64,000 nt of DNA from Mobula hypostoma (GCF_963921235.1 NC_086108.1:23312001-23376000), one strand, 5' to 3'; shown: positions 12,660 to 25,665, numbered from the stretch's first letter. Numbers and translations: made by a program. The notes: generated by a model from the letters alone, not told the origin.

Positions 12660-13360
12660 CATGCTAAGTTAGGGTGGCTAGAAGGGGACATTATGATTGG
12701 GTGGCATGAGGAGGTTGCTGTGGAGGGTTTGCATTGATAGGCACCGTGGTGGAGGCTTGACAATGTGGGCATGTTAAAAGAAGCTGATGATCAAAGGGTG
12801 CTATGGTACATTGATAGTGCTGGGAGTATAGTAAGAGGGTGATGTGGTGGGCTGGGAGTGGTTTGGTAGTTGGACTGTTCCAGGGTGGGTTGATAATGAA
12901 GTAGGTCAGAGAGGTAGGGGGATATTGTAGAGGGCTAGTAATATAGGAGTGGTGGGTTGTGGTTTGTAGGTTGTTGGAGTGTGCAGTGCCGGGCGGATAG
13001 TAAGAGGGTGCTATGGTGGGGTGGAATTGGTTTGGTAGTTGGACTATTCCAGGGTGGGTTGATAATGAAGGATGATTCATTGGTTTGTAGTCTGATGACT
13101 GATGCAAAATGATAGTCATAGGTAGGTACAGTTGGGTTGGCCTTAAGGTTTTCATTGAGGTTTGATATTGGGGCTAATGAGGGAGTTGGTGATGGGAAGT
13201 TGATGAAGGGTTTGGTTGTAGGCAGAATATTGCCCGGGTTGATGATATACTACCGGGGTTCTATTCTAGCGGGGTAGTGGGGTACATCCTCAGGGAGGTG
13301 ATTGGTGATACTCGGTTACTGTGGAGGTTGGGGGAAGGGTGGGTTTGTTGTTAACCTGGG
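12660..13360. repeat. G/T-rich low-complexity tract with an internal ~75-bp direct duplication
   Basis: tagtaagagggtg...gtttggtagttggact(g/a)ttccagggtgggttgataatgaag at about 12828-12901 and 12998-13070. Confidence 0.7.
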
Positions 13361-13404
13361 GTAAAGCTGTGAGAACTTAGTGGCTCATGTGCTGCAGAGA
13401 AATG

Positions 13405-13986
13405 GAATTGGTTATTATTGTCAGATGTACTAAGATACAGTGAAAAGCTTGTCTTGCATACTATTCATGCAGATCAAATTACACAGTAGATTGAGCTAGA
13501 ACAAGGTAAAACAATAGCAATGCAGAAGAAAGTGTAACAGCGACAGAGAAAATGGTCAACAGGTAAACAGTTACATCCAAGATGATAAGGTAGCTTGTGA
13601 GGTCAAGAGTTCCACTTATCGTACTAGGGAAATATTTTATTTAATATTCTCATAACAGTAGGGTAGAAGCTGTCCTTGTGCCTGTGGTACATGTTTTCAG
13701 GCTTTTGTATCTTCTGCTCGATGGAAGAGGGGAGAAGAGAGAATGCCTAGGGTGGGTGGCATCTTTGGCTGCTTTCCTGATGCAGTGAAGAGTAGAGTCC
13801 ATGGAGGGCAGGCTGGTTCCTGTGACATGCTGAGCGGTGTCTGCTGCTCGGCAGTTTCTGGTGGTTGCATGCAGAACAATTGCAGTACCAAGCTGTGATC
13901 TATCCTGAGGATACTTTCTGTGCTGCGTCGATAAAAATTGGTGAGGGTCAATGGGACCATGCCAAATTTCTTTCAGAAGAAGAAGA

Positions 13987-14059
<73 letters not shown>

Positions 14060-14870
14060 GAAGAAGTTGAAGTTGTTATGAGCTTTCCTGGCAGTGATAT
14101 CTATGCGATTGGACCAGGACAGGCTAATGGTGATGTTCGCTCCTAGGAACTAGAAACTCTCAATCCACTCAAACTCAACACTGCTTATGTAGACAAGAGC
14201 ATGTCTATAGCCCCCTTCCTGAAGTCAATTACCAGCTCTTTTGTTTTGCTGACGTTGAGGGAAGGGTTGTTTTTATGACACAATGTTGCTAAGCTCTCTA
14301 TCTCCTTATACTCTGACCCATCATCATTTGAGATATGGCCCACTGCAGTGGTACTTAGATGAAGTTAGATCAGAATCTGGCCACTCAGTTATAAATGTAC
14401 AGTAATAGAATGGATGGTGAGGATGCACCTTTGTGGAACACTAGTGTTTAGAATAATTGTGGTGGGGGTGTTGCTGCCTATCCTCACTGATTGCAGTCTG
14501 TTGGTCCAAAAGTCAAGGATCCATTTTCAGAGGGAGGCATTGACTTCCAGGGTCTGGAATTTGCTGATGAGTTTGCTAAGGCAGTGCTGTGGTTAATAAA
14601 CAATAGTCTGACGTGGGTGCCTTTACTGTCCAGATACTTCAGTGATGAATGTAGAGCCAGGGAGATGGCGTCTGCTGTAGACTTGTCTCTGTGTAGGCGA
14701 AAAGCAGTGGGTTAAGCTTGTCAGGAAGGCTAGAATTAATGCATACAGTTACCAGTCTCTCAAAGCATTTCATTGATGAGAGGTGTCAGAGCCACTGGTG
14801 GTAGTTTTTTAGGCATGTTATCTTCTTTTTCCTAGTTACCGGGAAAGTAGTAGTCTTCTTGAAGTACAGT
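13405..14870 (-). mobile_element. Rex1/Babar-type LINE fragment, degenerate
   Basis: ORF 13697..13960 has LTLTNFYRRSTESIL. The sequence is collinear with the Rex1-type copy at 55783-56955. Confidence 0.7.
13976..14077. repeat. Compound trinucleotide microsatellite (GAA)3 GAT (GTT)11 (GAT)12 (GAA)3
   Basis: Read directly. It produces the spurious poly-V/poly-D ORF 13865..14146. Confidence 0.95.
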
Positions 14871-16154
14871 ATCAGTATGGCTGTTGTAATAAATTAGTTT
14901 TGGGGACCACTGCAGTTGTAGCTTACTGATTGGGTGTGGTGTACTATGGTGGGATTGTCATAGAGAAAGTTGCTTGGAGTGAGAGTGAGAGTTGCTCTCC
15001 TCACATTATGTGTCACAAATATGTCTACGCATTTATGAACTGCCTGTTTGCTTGAACAGTTAACTTTTTATGAGTGAACAAAAAGGTCTCACAGGCAGAT
15101 TGAAGATGTTGCCACATCTTAAAATGAGATTGGCACTGAGAGCCTGGATGTTCTGCATTGGGGACTACTTGAAATGGAATTGATTGATTTCTTATTATTT
15201 ATATTCCTTCTCTGTAATAAGCATGAAAACTCTTGATGAATCTATCTATTCAATTGATTAGAAGCCAAGTGGAAAGGGAATTGCAAGTTGTTGAAAAGAA
15301 AGATTTACAGTTTATTCCTTTCTTTTTACAGTCTCAGAGTGTCCCAATGCATGTTGCAACCAGTGAGTGGAGGGAAGTTACAAAGAGTCAATCTAGTAGG
15401 CTCAGGACTTTGGTACTGGATGGGTAGATTTTCTGGATAATTGGATGCTACCCTCCAATATATATTTTTATTTCACTTTTTGTACAGGTTGCATAGTAGT
15501 ATAATACATTTCCAGTGAACCCCATGAGCTTACAGGGAGCAGGAAATATTTAAGCACCCTGGATCCTGGAAAATTCTGACACTAGTGTTCAAAACCCCGG
15601 CCCTAGCTCGCATTCCAGATCCTTGTCTAATACTCTCGACTAACAGATGAGCCAAATGTTGGGCTGACACGTATTCTGAGCTATTGGGTGTTGGATTATC
15701 GGGGTTTATTACTATATTTATAAATGATGCATGTGAAAAACGATCATAGGGAATCTCAGCAGAGTGTGCTTGAAATCAGAATGACAGGGTTATTCGCCAA
15801 CCGTTACCATTCTATCTGCACCAACACACCCAGATCTATTTGATGCATTTCTCATCCAGTCAAAGAAATTTTCAATGGGTTGATGCACTTCAGGAAGTAA
15901 ATTGGGATTATGTATTGCTCTCAACAGAAATATTGTCATTTACAGTTTCTGAAACCCCTCCACTTCACCAGGCTGTTTCAGTGATCAGTTCACAAATGTG
16001 GAGAGAAGGTGGTGATAGTGAAAAATTGAGAAGAGTGATGCTGAGAGTGGGAGGGAAGAGAATCAATTGGTATATGTTTACTTTCCTCATTATTGTAGGG
16101 CATTTTCTAGTTTTAATTCATCTCCATGGCATACACTAAGGTTGAGGAAAATTA

Positions 16155-16282
16155 GAAACACAGGAGGTTCTGCAGATGCTGGGAAAATCCAGAGCAACAC
16201 CACAAAGTGCTGGAGGAAGTCAGCGGGTCAAGCAGCATCAATAGAAATTAATCAACAGTCAACATTTTGGGTCAGGGTCTCC
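16155..16282 (-). mobile_element. PLE terminal-repeat fragment
   Basis: ttctgcagatgctgggaaaatccagagcaacaccacaaagtgctggaggaagtcagc, like 31-120. Confidence 0.7.
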
Positions 16283-16959
16283 AGTTTCAACATGCTGGTT
16301 ACACCAGGCATTGAACAGAGAGTAAATAACAGCAGAAAGTTGGGAAAGGAATAAGAAAGAGTCAGTAGAAACGGTGAGTAGTGTAAATACCAGTGGAGGA
16401 ATCCAGATCTTCCAGATTAGAACAAAATAAGGTAGCACTGAATATGCAGTCAATAACTGGTGAACAGCACCACAGTAATGTCGGAAGTTATTTTGTTAGC
16501 TCTTAATTTGTCCCTTTCTTTTCCCAACCAAACACAACTAGACACTATGGATAGGCTATTTGTGCTGCATTGACTTTAGAGCAGAATACTCTCAAAGAGA
16601 TAGAGTAATGCAGCATGGCCCCACTCATCCATGTCCATTAAAACTCATCTATTTGGATGTATTTGCTCCAGATCTCTCTAAACATTTTCTATCCATGTTT
16701 GACGTCAATGTGAGCCATATCTAACAAAGATTTTTGACAATGATTAGAACTTAGATAACTCCTTTTCTAATCTCAAAATGTTGAAGTACATGCAAGATCA
16801 ATAAATTGCTCCAGCAACACTGATCTTTACCAGGAGCAGCAGGATGGAACTTCAAAATCAATATTTTTCAGCTTCTTGAGGTTTATACCACTTGGGGCAC
16901 CCATGGAGAGGTAAGAGTACCAGCTTCCATAAAATGTCCCGGGGTTATGTCTTCATTAT

Positions 16960-17112
16960 CTCAGCAGGTCAGGCGGCATAAGAAAGAAAGGTAACGGCCT
17001 GATACGTCAACTGTTTATACATTTCCATAGATGTTGTCTGAGCTGCTGAGTTCCTCCAGCATTTTGTGTGTGTCATTCTGGATTTCCAGCATCTGCAGTA
17101 TCTCTTGTGTTC
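16960..17112 (+). mobile_element. PLE terminal-repeat fragment with a short inverted piece
   Basis: gctgagttcctccagcattttgtgtgtg...ggatttccagcatctgcag, preceded by the inverted ctcagcaggtcaggcggcat. Confidence 0.7.
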
Positions 17113-18344
17113 TTCATTATTTCTCTGGGTTAATTAAGTTGACAAAACACTTCCCAGTCCTTGTAACCCACAAATATGTTCTCAATTGCTTCATTATATA
17201 ATATATGTGATCTATTACTCTGATCTGAAAGTTGTGAATATGTTTCCTTATCTTCTGCTGTATTTTGTGGTTACATAAGTGAGGTAGTTGCAGCTCCCTT
17301 GTTACCATTTAATTTTTGTATCTGGAACAGAACTTGGGACCTTCCTTTGTCAATGAGCCCAGGATCATATTATGTGGGAAATCTACTGAACTGGGCCAAT
17401 TCCTTCTGGTTTTCATTAGTAAAAGTACAGTTTTGTTTTGGGGTATGCATTGTTGATAAGAGTGTGGTAATATTTAGGACTGAAACACTTGATTTATTTC
17501 TTCTTTGGCTGTTAAAGCTGCTTAGCAGCTGTGTTGATTAGTATTAAAAAAACAAAGGCAAGATTCTAACTATGGGGCTTGACCACATAATATCACTTGA
17601 AAAATCATTTAAAGAATTACTAAGGTACTTCATGTACCACATTTTCCAAAGCACAATTTACATATATCTGTGCTAGTCTTTATTACTTTAATTGTCCAAG
17701 GGGTTTGTAGTTTGACAATCATTGGCAATTAAGTGTAAGGATATTTGTTTCCAATATGCATTGCCTGCTACTGGGTCTTGTGACTGGAGACTACTGGGTG
17801 GGTAGGTGAGGACAAGAGGAACTCTATCCCTGATGGGGTGGTGGGTTGATGGGGTGAGGGCAGACGTGTGTGAAATGGAAGAGATGCCAGTGAGGGTTGC
17901 ATAGACAGTGAAGGAGGGATCCAGCATGTAATTTTCCATAACTTCCACCATTTCCAATGGGATCCAGCACATAATTCTCTGCAACTACGACTATCTTCAA
18001 TGGGATCCCACCACCAGGCACATCTCTCCCCCACTTTCTTCAGGGATCGTTCAGGTCCCCAAACAGTCCTTCCAGATGAGGGGACACTTTACCTGTGAGT
18101 CTGTTGGGGTTAACTACTGTATCTGGTGTTCCCTGTGTGGCCTCCTGTATATTGGTGAGACCCGATGTAGATTGGGAGACCGCTTTGCAGAGCACCTATG
18201 CTCGGTCCGCTAGATAAAGCAGGATTTCCCAGTGTCTACCCACTTTAATTCTTTTTCCCATTCCCATTCTGACATGTCAGTCCATGGTCTCTACTGCCGT
18301 GATGAGAGCAATCTCAGGTTGGAACAACACCTTATATTCTGAAT

Positions 18345-18930
18345 AAGCTCTTCTCTGGCTTCTAGCCAGATACAGGTTTCAATTATAACTGACATTTCGA
18401 TGACAAATTCCGCCATCTTCATCAGGGAAGATTCCTGGGCATGTTTAGTCCAGTGCTATTTACACTCTGATAGTCCGTCCCTCCCGATTGGTTAGTTTTC
18501 ATTCAATCAGGTTTTTGCTCTCCCAACTTTTTTACAATCAAATTCCAGTTCCAGGAGAAATCAGCGGTAGCAGAACCTTCCATTCGCAGTGGCCATTGGA
18601 TTGACTTCAATGGCACAAAATACTGTGCTGCACCAGTGGCTTTCGAGACTGCCTGGTAAAGGAAGCCACTGGAAATAAAATTAGAGGAAAAGAATTTTAA
18701 CAAAGATGAAGTTCTCACTCTAAGTAAGAACTGGAATTCGATTGTAAACAAGGATGGAGAGCAGAAACCTGATTGGATGAGGACTAACTAATCAGGAGGG
18801 ACGGACTACAAGGGTGTAAATACCACTGGATTAGACATACCCAGGCATCATTCCTGATAAAGGTAGTGGAGTCGTTTGACATCGAAACGTCGGTTATAAT
18901 TGATACCTGTACCCAGCCGAAAGTCATATA
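18345..18930 (+). mobile_element. Second-family Penelope-like element (GIY-YIG C-terminus between ~200-bp inverted termini)
   Basis: The core at 18552-18750 reads about EKSAVAE..IRSGHWIDFNGTK...DCLVKEA.EIKLEEKNFNKDE.LTLSKNW. About 18350-18551 is the reverse complement of about 18728-18925. Confidence 0.8.
18373..18437 (-). ncRNA. Type I hammerhead ribozyme motif in a PLE terminus
   Basis: Minus strand: CUGAUGA-A-GAUGGC-GGAAUUU-GUCAUC-GAAAU-GUC. Core boxes and a 6-bp stem II are present. Confidence 0.65.
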
Positions 18931-21554
18931 CGTTGGGAAAGCACCTTTTTCATCTTAATTCCATCTGGGTAGCCACCAGCCTGATAGCATGAACCTAGAT
19001 TTCTCTTTGGTAATTGCCCCCCACTTCTTCACCATTCCCCATTTCCCTCAGTCACTTTATCTCCTTACCTTCCCATCACCTCCTTCTGGAGTTCCCCTCC
19101 CTTCCCTTTCTTCTATGGGCTTCTATCCTCTATCAGATTCCCCCTTCTCCAGCCCTGTATCTCTCACCAATCGACTTTGCAGCTCTTTATTTCATCCTCC
19201 CCTCTCTCGGTTTCACCTATCAACTGCCACCTTGTACATCCTCCCCCCCCCCACCTTCTTACTCTAGCTCCTCATCTCTTTTTTCCAGTCCTGATGAAAG
19301 GTCTCTGTCTGAAACATCAACTGTTTTCTGTAGATGCTGCCTGGCCTACTGAGTTTCTCCAGCATTTTGTGTGTATTACTTTGATTTCCAGCATCTGCAG
19401 GTTTTCTCTTGTTTGTTTTTCTCCCCAGAGTGCCTGCTGGAGGTCAGCTGCATTTATTTCATCCCTCAGCTCTTCCTGTGGACCTGTCAGTGCATCATGT
19501 ACAACTATTCCTCTCCGTATTCCCCTCCAAAATGTCCACTGGCTTATGAAAATGTTCTTGCCATCCATGTGTTTATTGTGAATATTTACATTGATGTCAG
19601 AACCTTGACTTAACCCCATCAGGTTACACTGCTGTGGTATGACAAAGTCCCAGTCACATAATTATACCCTATTCTGCTTGCCCCCTCTTTCTTTGATCGT
19701 CTGACCTTGCTCCATTGTTCCCACTTATGATTCAAAAACTTTGCTCTCTGCCTGTCAGCAAAGTCCCAAAGTTATGCTTCACCGGTTTTATCACCAACCT
19801 CTGTTCTGAGCAATTTCCACTGCCTGTGGTGTTCAGTTTTCATCTCACTTCATCTTAGTTCATTCTCCACTTTTGTTTATCCTCATGATACATTCACAAC
19901 TACTTCTCTGATGTTTTCATTTATCGTGGTCTTATTTCTCTGATGGTGTCAAACACATCTGTCATCTGTCATTTCCTTGTCTTGCTTTCCACTCTGCGAC
20001 CCCTCACCACCCTTGCCCCATCTCAAGACCATTTGATTCAGTGTTAAAACATGAATTAAATTCTCTGTTAATTTATTTACTCCAGGACTGTAAAAATTCT
20101 GTTTCTCTATCCCATGACTTCTATTTACCATAACATTTCTGTTGCTGTCCACCTGCTCAGTAAGCCACTTCGTTCTTGATGGCCTAGTCTTTCAAAATCT
20201 CCATCCCTGTTACAACCCTATTTCTACTCCTTTAATTTCATGTATACTGGGGTGCACATAAATGGAAATGGAACCACAGCAGGTTGAGCCATTCATCTCT
20301 GTATCTGGACAACAATAACCAGATGCTGACCTCAATTGTTTGTTAACCTAGGATCATCTTGAAATGCAAAGATAAACCTGTGATTTTCATTGCAGCAGGG
20401 ATCTGTGTTGAACCCACCTCCTCTTTAACTTTAAAGAGCATAAGAAATTTTGGGAATTTGACACCAGTGCGACATCTTCTAGTCATCTGTCTTCCCCACT
20501 CCCTCCTCTCCTCTTACCCATGAATTCATCATTTTCTGAGGTTTCACCTTTGGCATTCCCATCAACTTGTGCCTTTGTCGATATTTTCAATGGGTTGACT
20601 CCGCTAACATTTCTATTTTTATTGATCCAGTGTGTAGCCAGAGAATCAGCAGTATTGACTTCCCTTCTAGGCCCCACATTACCTCTTTGTTTCTCATCTC
20701 GTTTTTTTAGAATTTTCCCACTTATCATCCCAAAACTATTTTCAACTCCATTCTTCAGACATCAGCTCCATGTTCTTCATTGTCACTATAGGCTGAACCA
20801 GACTGTTCAATCTTGTTCATATATCTTAACTCTGAGATTATCTCCCTGCCACTGGTTTTGGTTAGTACCACTGCCATAAAGCAGCCCATTTCAATCTTTG
20901 CCAGCTCGCTAGCTGCTGAAGTTCTCTTTCAAGGTTGGTTTGATTGTTGTGATGCGTTGCTGATCACCGTGCATCTTCCCCTCTCCAAACACTTAAAGGG
21001 TTACAAAACATTGCTACCCTGTCCAAAGTTGTACTGAATCTGTCGCCTAATGCTTCTTTGGTCCCCATAAAATTTCCATTCATGTTTGCAAACATTCATG
21101 GCCTTATCCCTTACTCCTTCTGGTCCTATAGCTCTGAACGTCCCTCCATATTGATATCTGCTTTTAATCAAATCTTTAGCTATCAAGGCTTTAAATTCTA
21201 CAATTCCCACCTTAGACTTCTTTCCTTTTCTACATTTTCTTTTTCCATTCTTATAGCTGACGTATTTGGGTTTTATTTATCTATCCTAAAATTTTGTTTT
21301 CTAACTTGCTGTCAAATTTTATTTGATTAGGCTCCCATGACATGCCAGGAGATGGTTTGCAACATGCAAAAGCTCTAGTAAATCCAATTATTGTAGCATC
21401 ACTTGTAGCTAATTGCTGGGCTTGCTTTGTGTTGCTTTGGTTGTGGACATGCATTGCAACGTAAATTGTGCAGGAAAAAACTTCTGTAGATTTCCAATTA
21501 ATCAACACTTCGGTACTTTAACCTGTTAAGTAAGAATTTACACAGGTTATCATA

Positions 21555-21830
21555 GAGAGTCTGTGCAGAAGTGGGCCCTTTGACCATCAACTACTTATCC
21601 TACATGATTCATTTTTCACTCTCCCTGCTTTCCCATCAGGTCTTTCCAAATTCTACCAGTCACCTACCATGCTAGAGGTAACTGACAGTGACCAATCAAC
21701 CAACAAACCTGTATATTTTCGGAATATGGGGGAAACCCGAGCACCACAATGAAACCCATCCATTCACAAAGAGAACATACAAGCTCCACGCAGACAGTAT
21801 CCAAGGTCAGGAATGAACCCTACTAGCTGT
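21555..21830 (-). mobile_element. HE1/V-SINE-like SINE
   Basis: ggaaacccgagcacc...gaaacccatccattcacaaagagaacatacaagctccacgcagacag...ggtcaggaatgaaccc, the reverse of the V-domain and tRNA B box. Confidence 0.65.
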
Positions 21831-22440
21831 GCTGGTTTTCTGTGGGAGCCTTTAGGATTGGTTAAGTGCAGAGGGTGACTGAAAGATCAGGATTCTGATG
21901 TTGGACCATAAGGAAAAAGCCTGTTGCTTCTGGCACCAAAAGGTAATTTGTTTCACAGTGTTTGTCTTTTGGTTAGCTATCTTCAAAGTACAAACTGTAG
22001 TTCACACTGTCTTACTGGCCAGTGGTGCTGAAATTTGAGAGTGAATTTCAGAATCAGATGTCAGCAGCCTCACTTATGCTTAGGTGGCTCAACGTTTTAT
22101 TTGAGGCACTGAGTGTGTGTGATGTTGGATTTTTACATTTGATTTTGGGAGCCACAGTTTAGAAGTAACCTTTAAGTTTTGGAAGGGCTGTAGAAGAGAT
22201 TGAGAACATAGTTAAAAGAATGTAGGAGTTGTGAAATGTAGAGCAGAATGTTAATGCCTAGCAGGTTAGAGTGGTGACGTACTCCTCTCCCAGAGAAATA
22301 GGAAAAAGAACAATCTGAGCCAATATCACGGATGGACAGATGAGGCAGACAGAAATCAGTTTACCTGGAGTTGCAGAATTTAATGTTGTGTCCAAAAGAC
22401 TGCACTGTGTCTAGATTAAAGCCAAAGAGGAGATATGCCA

Positions 22441-23955
22441 GAACATAGAAACATAGAAACATAGAAACATAGAAAATAGGTGCAGGAGTAGGCCATTCGG
22501 CCCTTCGAGCCTGCACCGCCATTTATTATGATCATGGCTGATCATCCAACTCAGAACCCAGCCTTCCCTCCATACCCCCTGACCCCTGTAGCCACAAGGG
22601 CCATATCTAACTTCCTTTTAAACATAGCTAATGAACTGGCCTCAACAGTTTGCTGTGGCAGAGAATTCCACAGATTCACCACTCTCTGTGTGAAGAAGTT
22701 TTTCCTAATCTCGGTCCTAAAAGGCTTCCCCTCTATCCTCAAACTGTGACCCCTCGTTCTGGACCTCCCCAACATCGGGAACAATCTTCCCGCATCTAGC
22801 CTGTCCAATCCCTTTAGGATCTTATACGTTTCAATCAGATCCCCCCTCAATCTTCTAAATTCCAACGAGTACAAGCCCAGTTCATCCAGTCTTTCTTCAT
22901 ATGAAAGACCTGCCATCCCAGGAATCAATCTGGTGAACCTTCTTTGTACTCCCTCTATGGCAAAGATGTCTTTCCTCAGATTAGGGGACCAAAACTGCAC
23001 ACAATACTCCAGGTGTGGTCTCACCAAGGCCTTGTACAACTGCAGTAGTACCTCCCTGCTCCTGTACTCGAATCCTCTCGCTATAAATGCCAGCATACCG
23101 TTCGCCTTTTTCACCGCCTGCTGTACCTGCATGCCCACTTTCAATGACTGGTGTATAATGACACCCAGGTCTCGTTGCACCTCCCCTTTTCCTAATCGGT
23201 CACCATTCAGATAATAATCTGTTTTCCTATTTTTGCCACCAAAGTGGATAACTTCACATTTAACCACATTAAATTGCATCTGCCATGAGTTTGCCCACTC
23301 ACCCAACCTATCCAAGTCACCCTGCATCCTCTTAGCATCCTCCTCACTGCTAACACTGCCACCCAGCTTCGTGTCATCCGCAAACTTGGAGATGCTGCAT
23401 TTAATTCCCTCATCCAAGTCATTAATATATATTGTAAACAACTGGGGTCCCAGCACTGAGCCTTGCAGTACCCCACTAGTCACCGCCTGCCATTCTGAAA
23501 AGGTCCCGTTTATTCCCACTCTTTGCTTCCTGTCTGCTAACCAATTCTCCACCCACACCAATACCTTACCCCCAATACCGTGTGCTTTAAGTTTGCACAC
23601 TAATCTCCTGTGTGGGACCTTGTCAAAAGCCTTTTGAAAATCCAAATATACCACATCCACTGGTTCTCCCCTATCCACTCTACTAGTTACATCCTCAAAA
23701 AATTCTATGAGATTCGTCAGACATGATTTTCCTTTCACAAATCCATGCTGACTTTGTCCAATCATTTCACCGCTTTCCAAATGTGCTGTTATCACATCCT
23801 TGATAACTGACTCCAGCAGTTTCCCCACCACCGACGTTAGGCTAACCGGCCTATAATTCCCCGGTTTCTCTCTCCCTCCTTTTTTAAAAAGTGGGGTTAC
23901 ATTAGCCACCCTCCAATCCTCAGGAACTAGTCCAGAATCTAACGAGTTTTGAAAC
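22441..23955 (-). mobile_element. Young 5'-truncated CR1/HER1 LINE with an open RT frame
   Basis: ORF 22551..24125 has PEDWRVANVTPLFKKG, QHGFVKGKSCLTNL, YLDFQKAFDKVPH and KFADDTKL, with no stops over about 465 codons. Tail is (TTCTATGT)n. The ORF's first ~57 aa are flanking DNA. Confidence 0.95.
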
Positions 23956-25004
23956 CATTCCAAGAAACCAAAGAAAGGATCACCTTTAATATGCACAAGT
24001 TTGATAGATGTGTTCAAAGTCTTGAGAGTTTGAATTAAGGAGAAATTGGGTTGGATTTTATGGGTAAATGCTGGCAGTTCCATGTGTGAGTTATCATAGT
24101 AAGGATACAAACATGGATGTTCCACATTTGATGGCCTATCTTCATTAGTATTTTCTCATTTATACTATGGTCTATCACCAAAGGGGGAATTGTGGAATGA
24201 CCCAACACTTATTCTGGGGAAAGTGCTCAGTCAGTGTGTGTTGGGTTAAACCAGGACCAACATCAGTATTCAAGTGGAACACAGGAGAACAACTGTGAGG
24301 AATCAAGATTAATTTTATTCTGAGTTAATGTGTTTCGTTGAATACTTTTACATGTTCTTATTTTGAATTGATGCTTAGTAATAAAGGAGGTAATTGTTTT
24401 TGGATTTTGTACAAGTTCTTGTTTCCCCATTTGATGGTTTTCCCATTGAGAATCAAGCCTATATTTAGCAGTAAGCTGATATCATAAGATCCATGCAAGA
24501 TACATTTGGACATTTTTGTAAGTTAATCACAAGTGGAATTGGTGGCAGAAAGTTCTGGTCTGTTGTTTGCCGGTGACAGGAGGGATACCAGTGTAAGAAC
24601 AGAGATTTATGTCAAAAGAACCATACGTGACATGTGGGAATAAAATAGTTGCTGAGATCTGGAGTGTAGATTAGGAAGGTAGATTGAAGAGTAGCTGTGA
24701 ATCTCTGGAAAGGAAACATTTGAGGACTAGGGATAAAGAACAGTGGGAGTAAACTGCTTGGTTAATTATCTACAGTGCCAGCAATAGCAGTAATGTTGAA
24801 GGACTACCTCGCATGCCGTGATGTTCTCTGAATGCTTGGATTGTGGGGTGGGGGTGAGGGAGGGGAAGAATGCTGGACTTCCTCAAAGTCCCATTATCCC
24901 AGGGGATATTGTGCTTCAAACATGAGCACAAATCCCAACACTGGAAAGTGATTAACCTGAAATAAAGTGTTTCAGTCAAAGTAACCATCAAAATAACAGA
25001 TTTT

Positions 25005-25210
25005 GATTAAAAGTGTAAAAGCACCTGGTTCACTCTTGTCCTTTTGGGATTTTCCATACTCATCTTCTTTTCCAGACCCATCAAATGGGTGACTCTTAAC
25101 GGCCCTCTGCATTGGCCCAGTAGTCCCTCTGTTCGTTGGCAGTTAATTGTGGGCAATAAATGCAAGCTTTCCAAGTGATGATGCCCACATTCTGACAATG
25201 AACAAAATAT
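25005..25210 (+). mobile_element. Old SINE 3' part (SacSINE1/DeuSINE-like, tentative)
   Basis: ctggttcact...gtgactcttaacggccctctg...gggcaataaatgc...gatgcccacattc. Similar to 27745-28060. Confidence 0.45.
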
Positions 25211-25665
25211 GCTGTTCTGACAGTAAAGACCCAATCACACTGACACCTAAAGGAAGGGAGCAATGGTGGAGCAACTGGATTTTTACTATAGGTTAGTTCC
25301 GTGGTCAGCAATGCTGACAGTAGTTTTTAATTAACTGAGCTCATGTTAGCCTCTCTTGTATCACATTTTAGGTTAGGTTAGAATGGAGATGTGTTGCACC
25401 CTATGTTTTACCCTTCTGTTTGTTGTTTAATTGAGCTGTCTGCCTAAGATAGACAGCATATGAGGTAGGCAAGTATCGTAGAAATCCAGCAATCCACAGT
25501 TCTTTAAAACTGAGGAAATGTTGTCTATTGTTGTGGCTGGGTTAGGCTTTCAAAGTAGATTCCTAACACTTACGTGTTTTGCACTGAGCCTGTGTTTAGC
25601 AACAGTGACTTAACAATGTATGGTTTCAGCAGCAAATCCAGAGGTCCACAAGTGAGAGATTGATC

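Larger units (their letters stand above)
17785..19412 (+). mobile_element. Penelope-like element with an inverted 5' piece, interrupted by a second PLE
   Basis: GIY-YIG-like sequence at 18055-18340 (gtatattggtgagacccga = YIGET) resumes at about 18955. 3' terminal repeat at 19280-19412. About 17785-17915 is in minus orientation. Confidence 0.8.

Noticed and set aside
13865..14146. Poly-Val/poly-Asp protein
   Set aside because: It is a microsatellite on the antisense strand of a Rex1 remnant.
15512..15716. Possible Tigger-like MITE (cagtgaacccc ... ggggtttattact)
   Set aside because: The inverted ends are too short and degenerate, and there is no clear TA duplication.
19420..21300. Possible ancient LINE-derived region
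   Set aside because: It is pyrimidine-rich with faint RT-like traces, but has no motif I can assign with confidence.
22551..24125. 524-aa ORF as a domesticated RT gene or a retron-like system
   Set aside because: It is a 5'-truncated CR1 with a normal tail. The N-terminus is chance read-through from flanking DNA.
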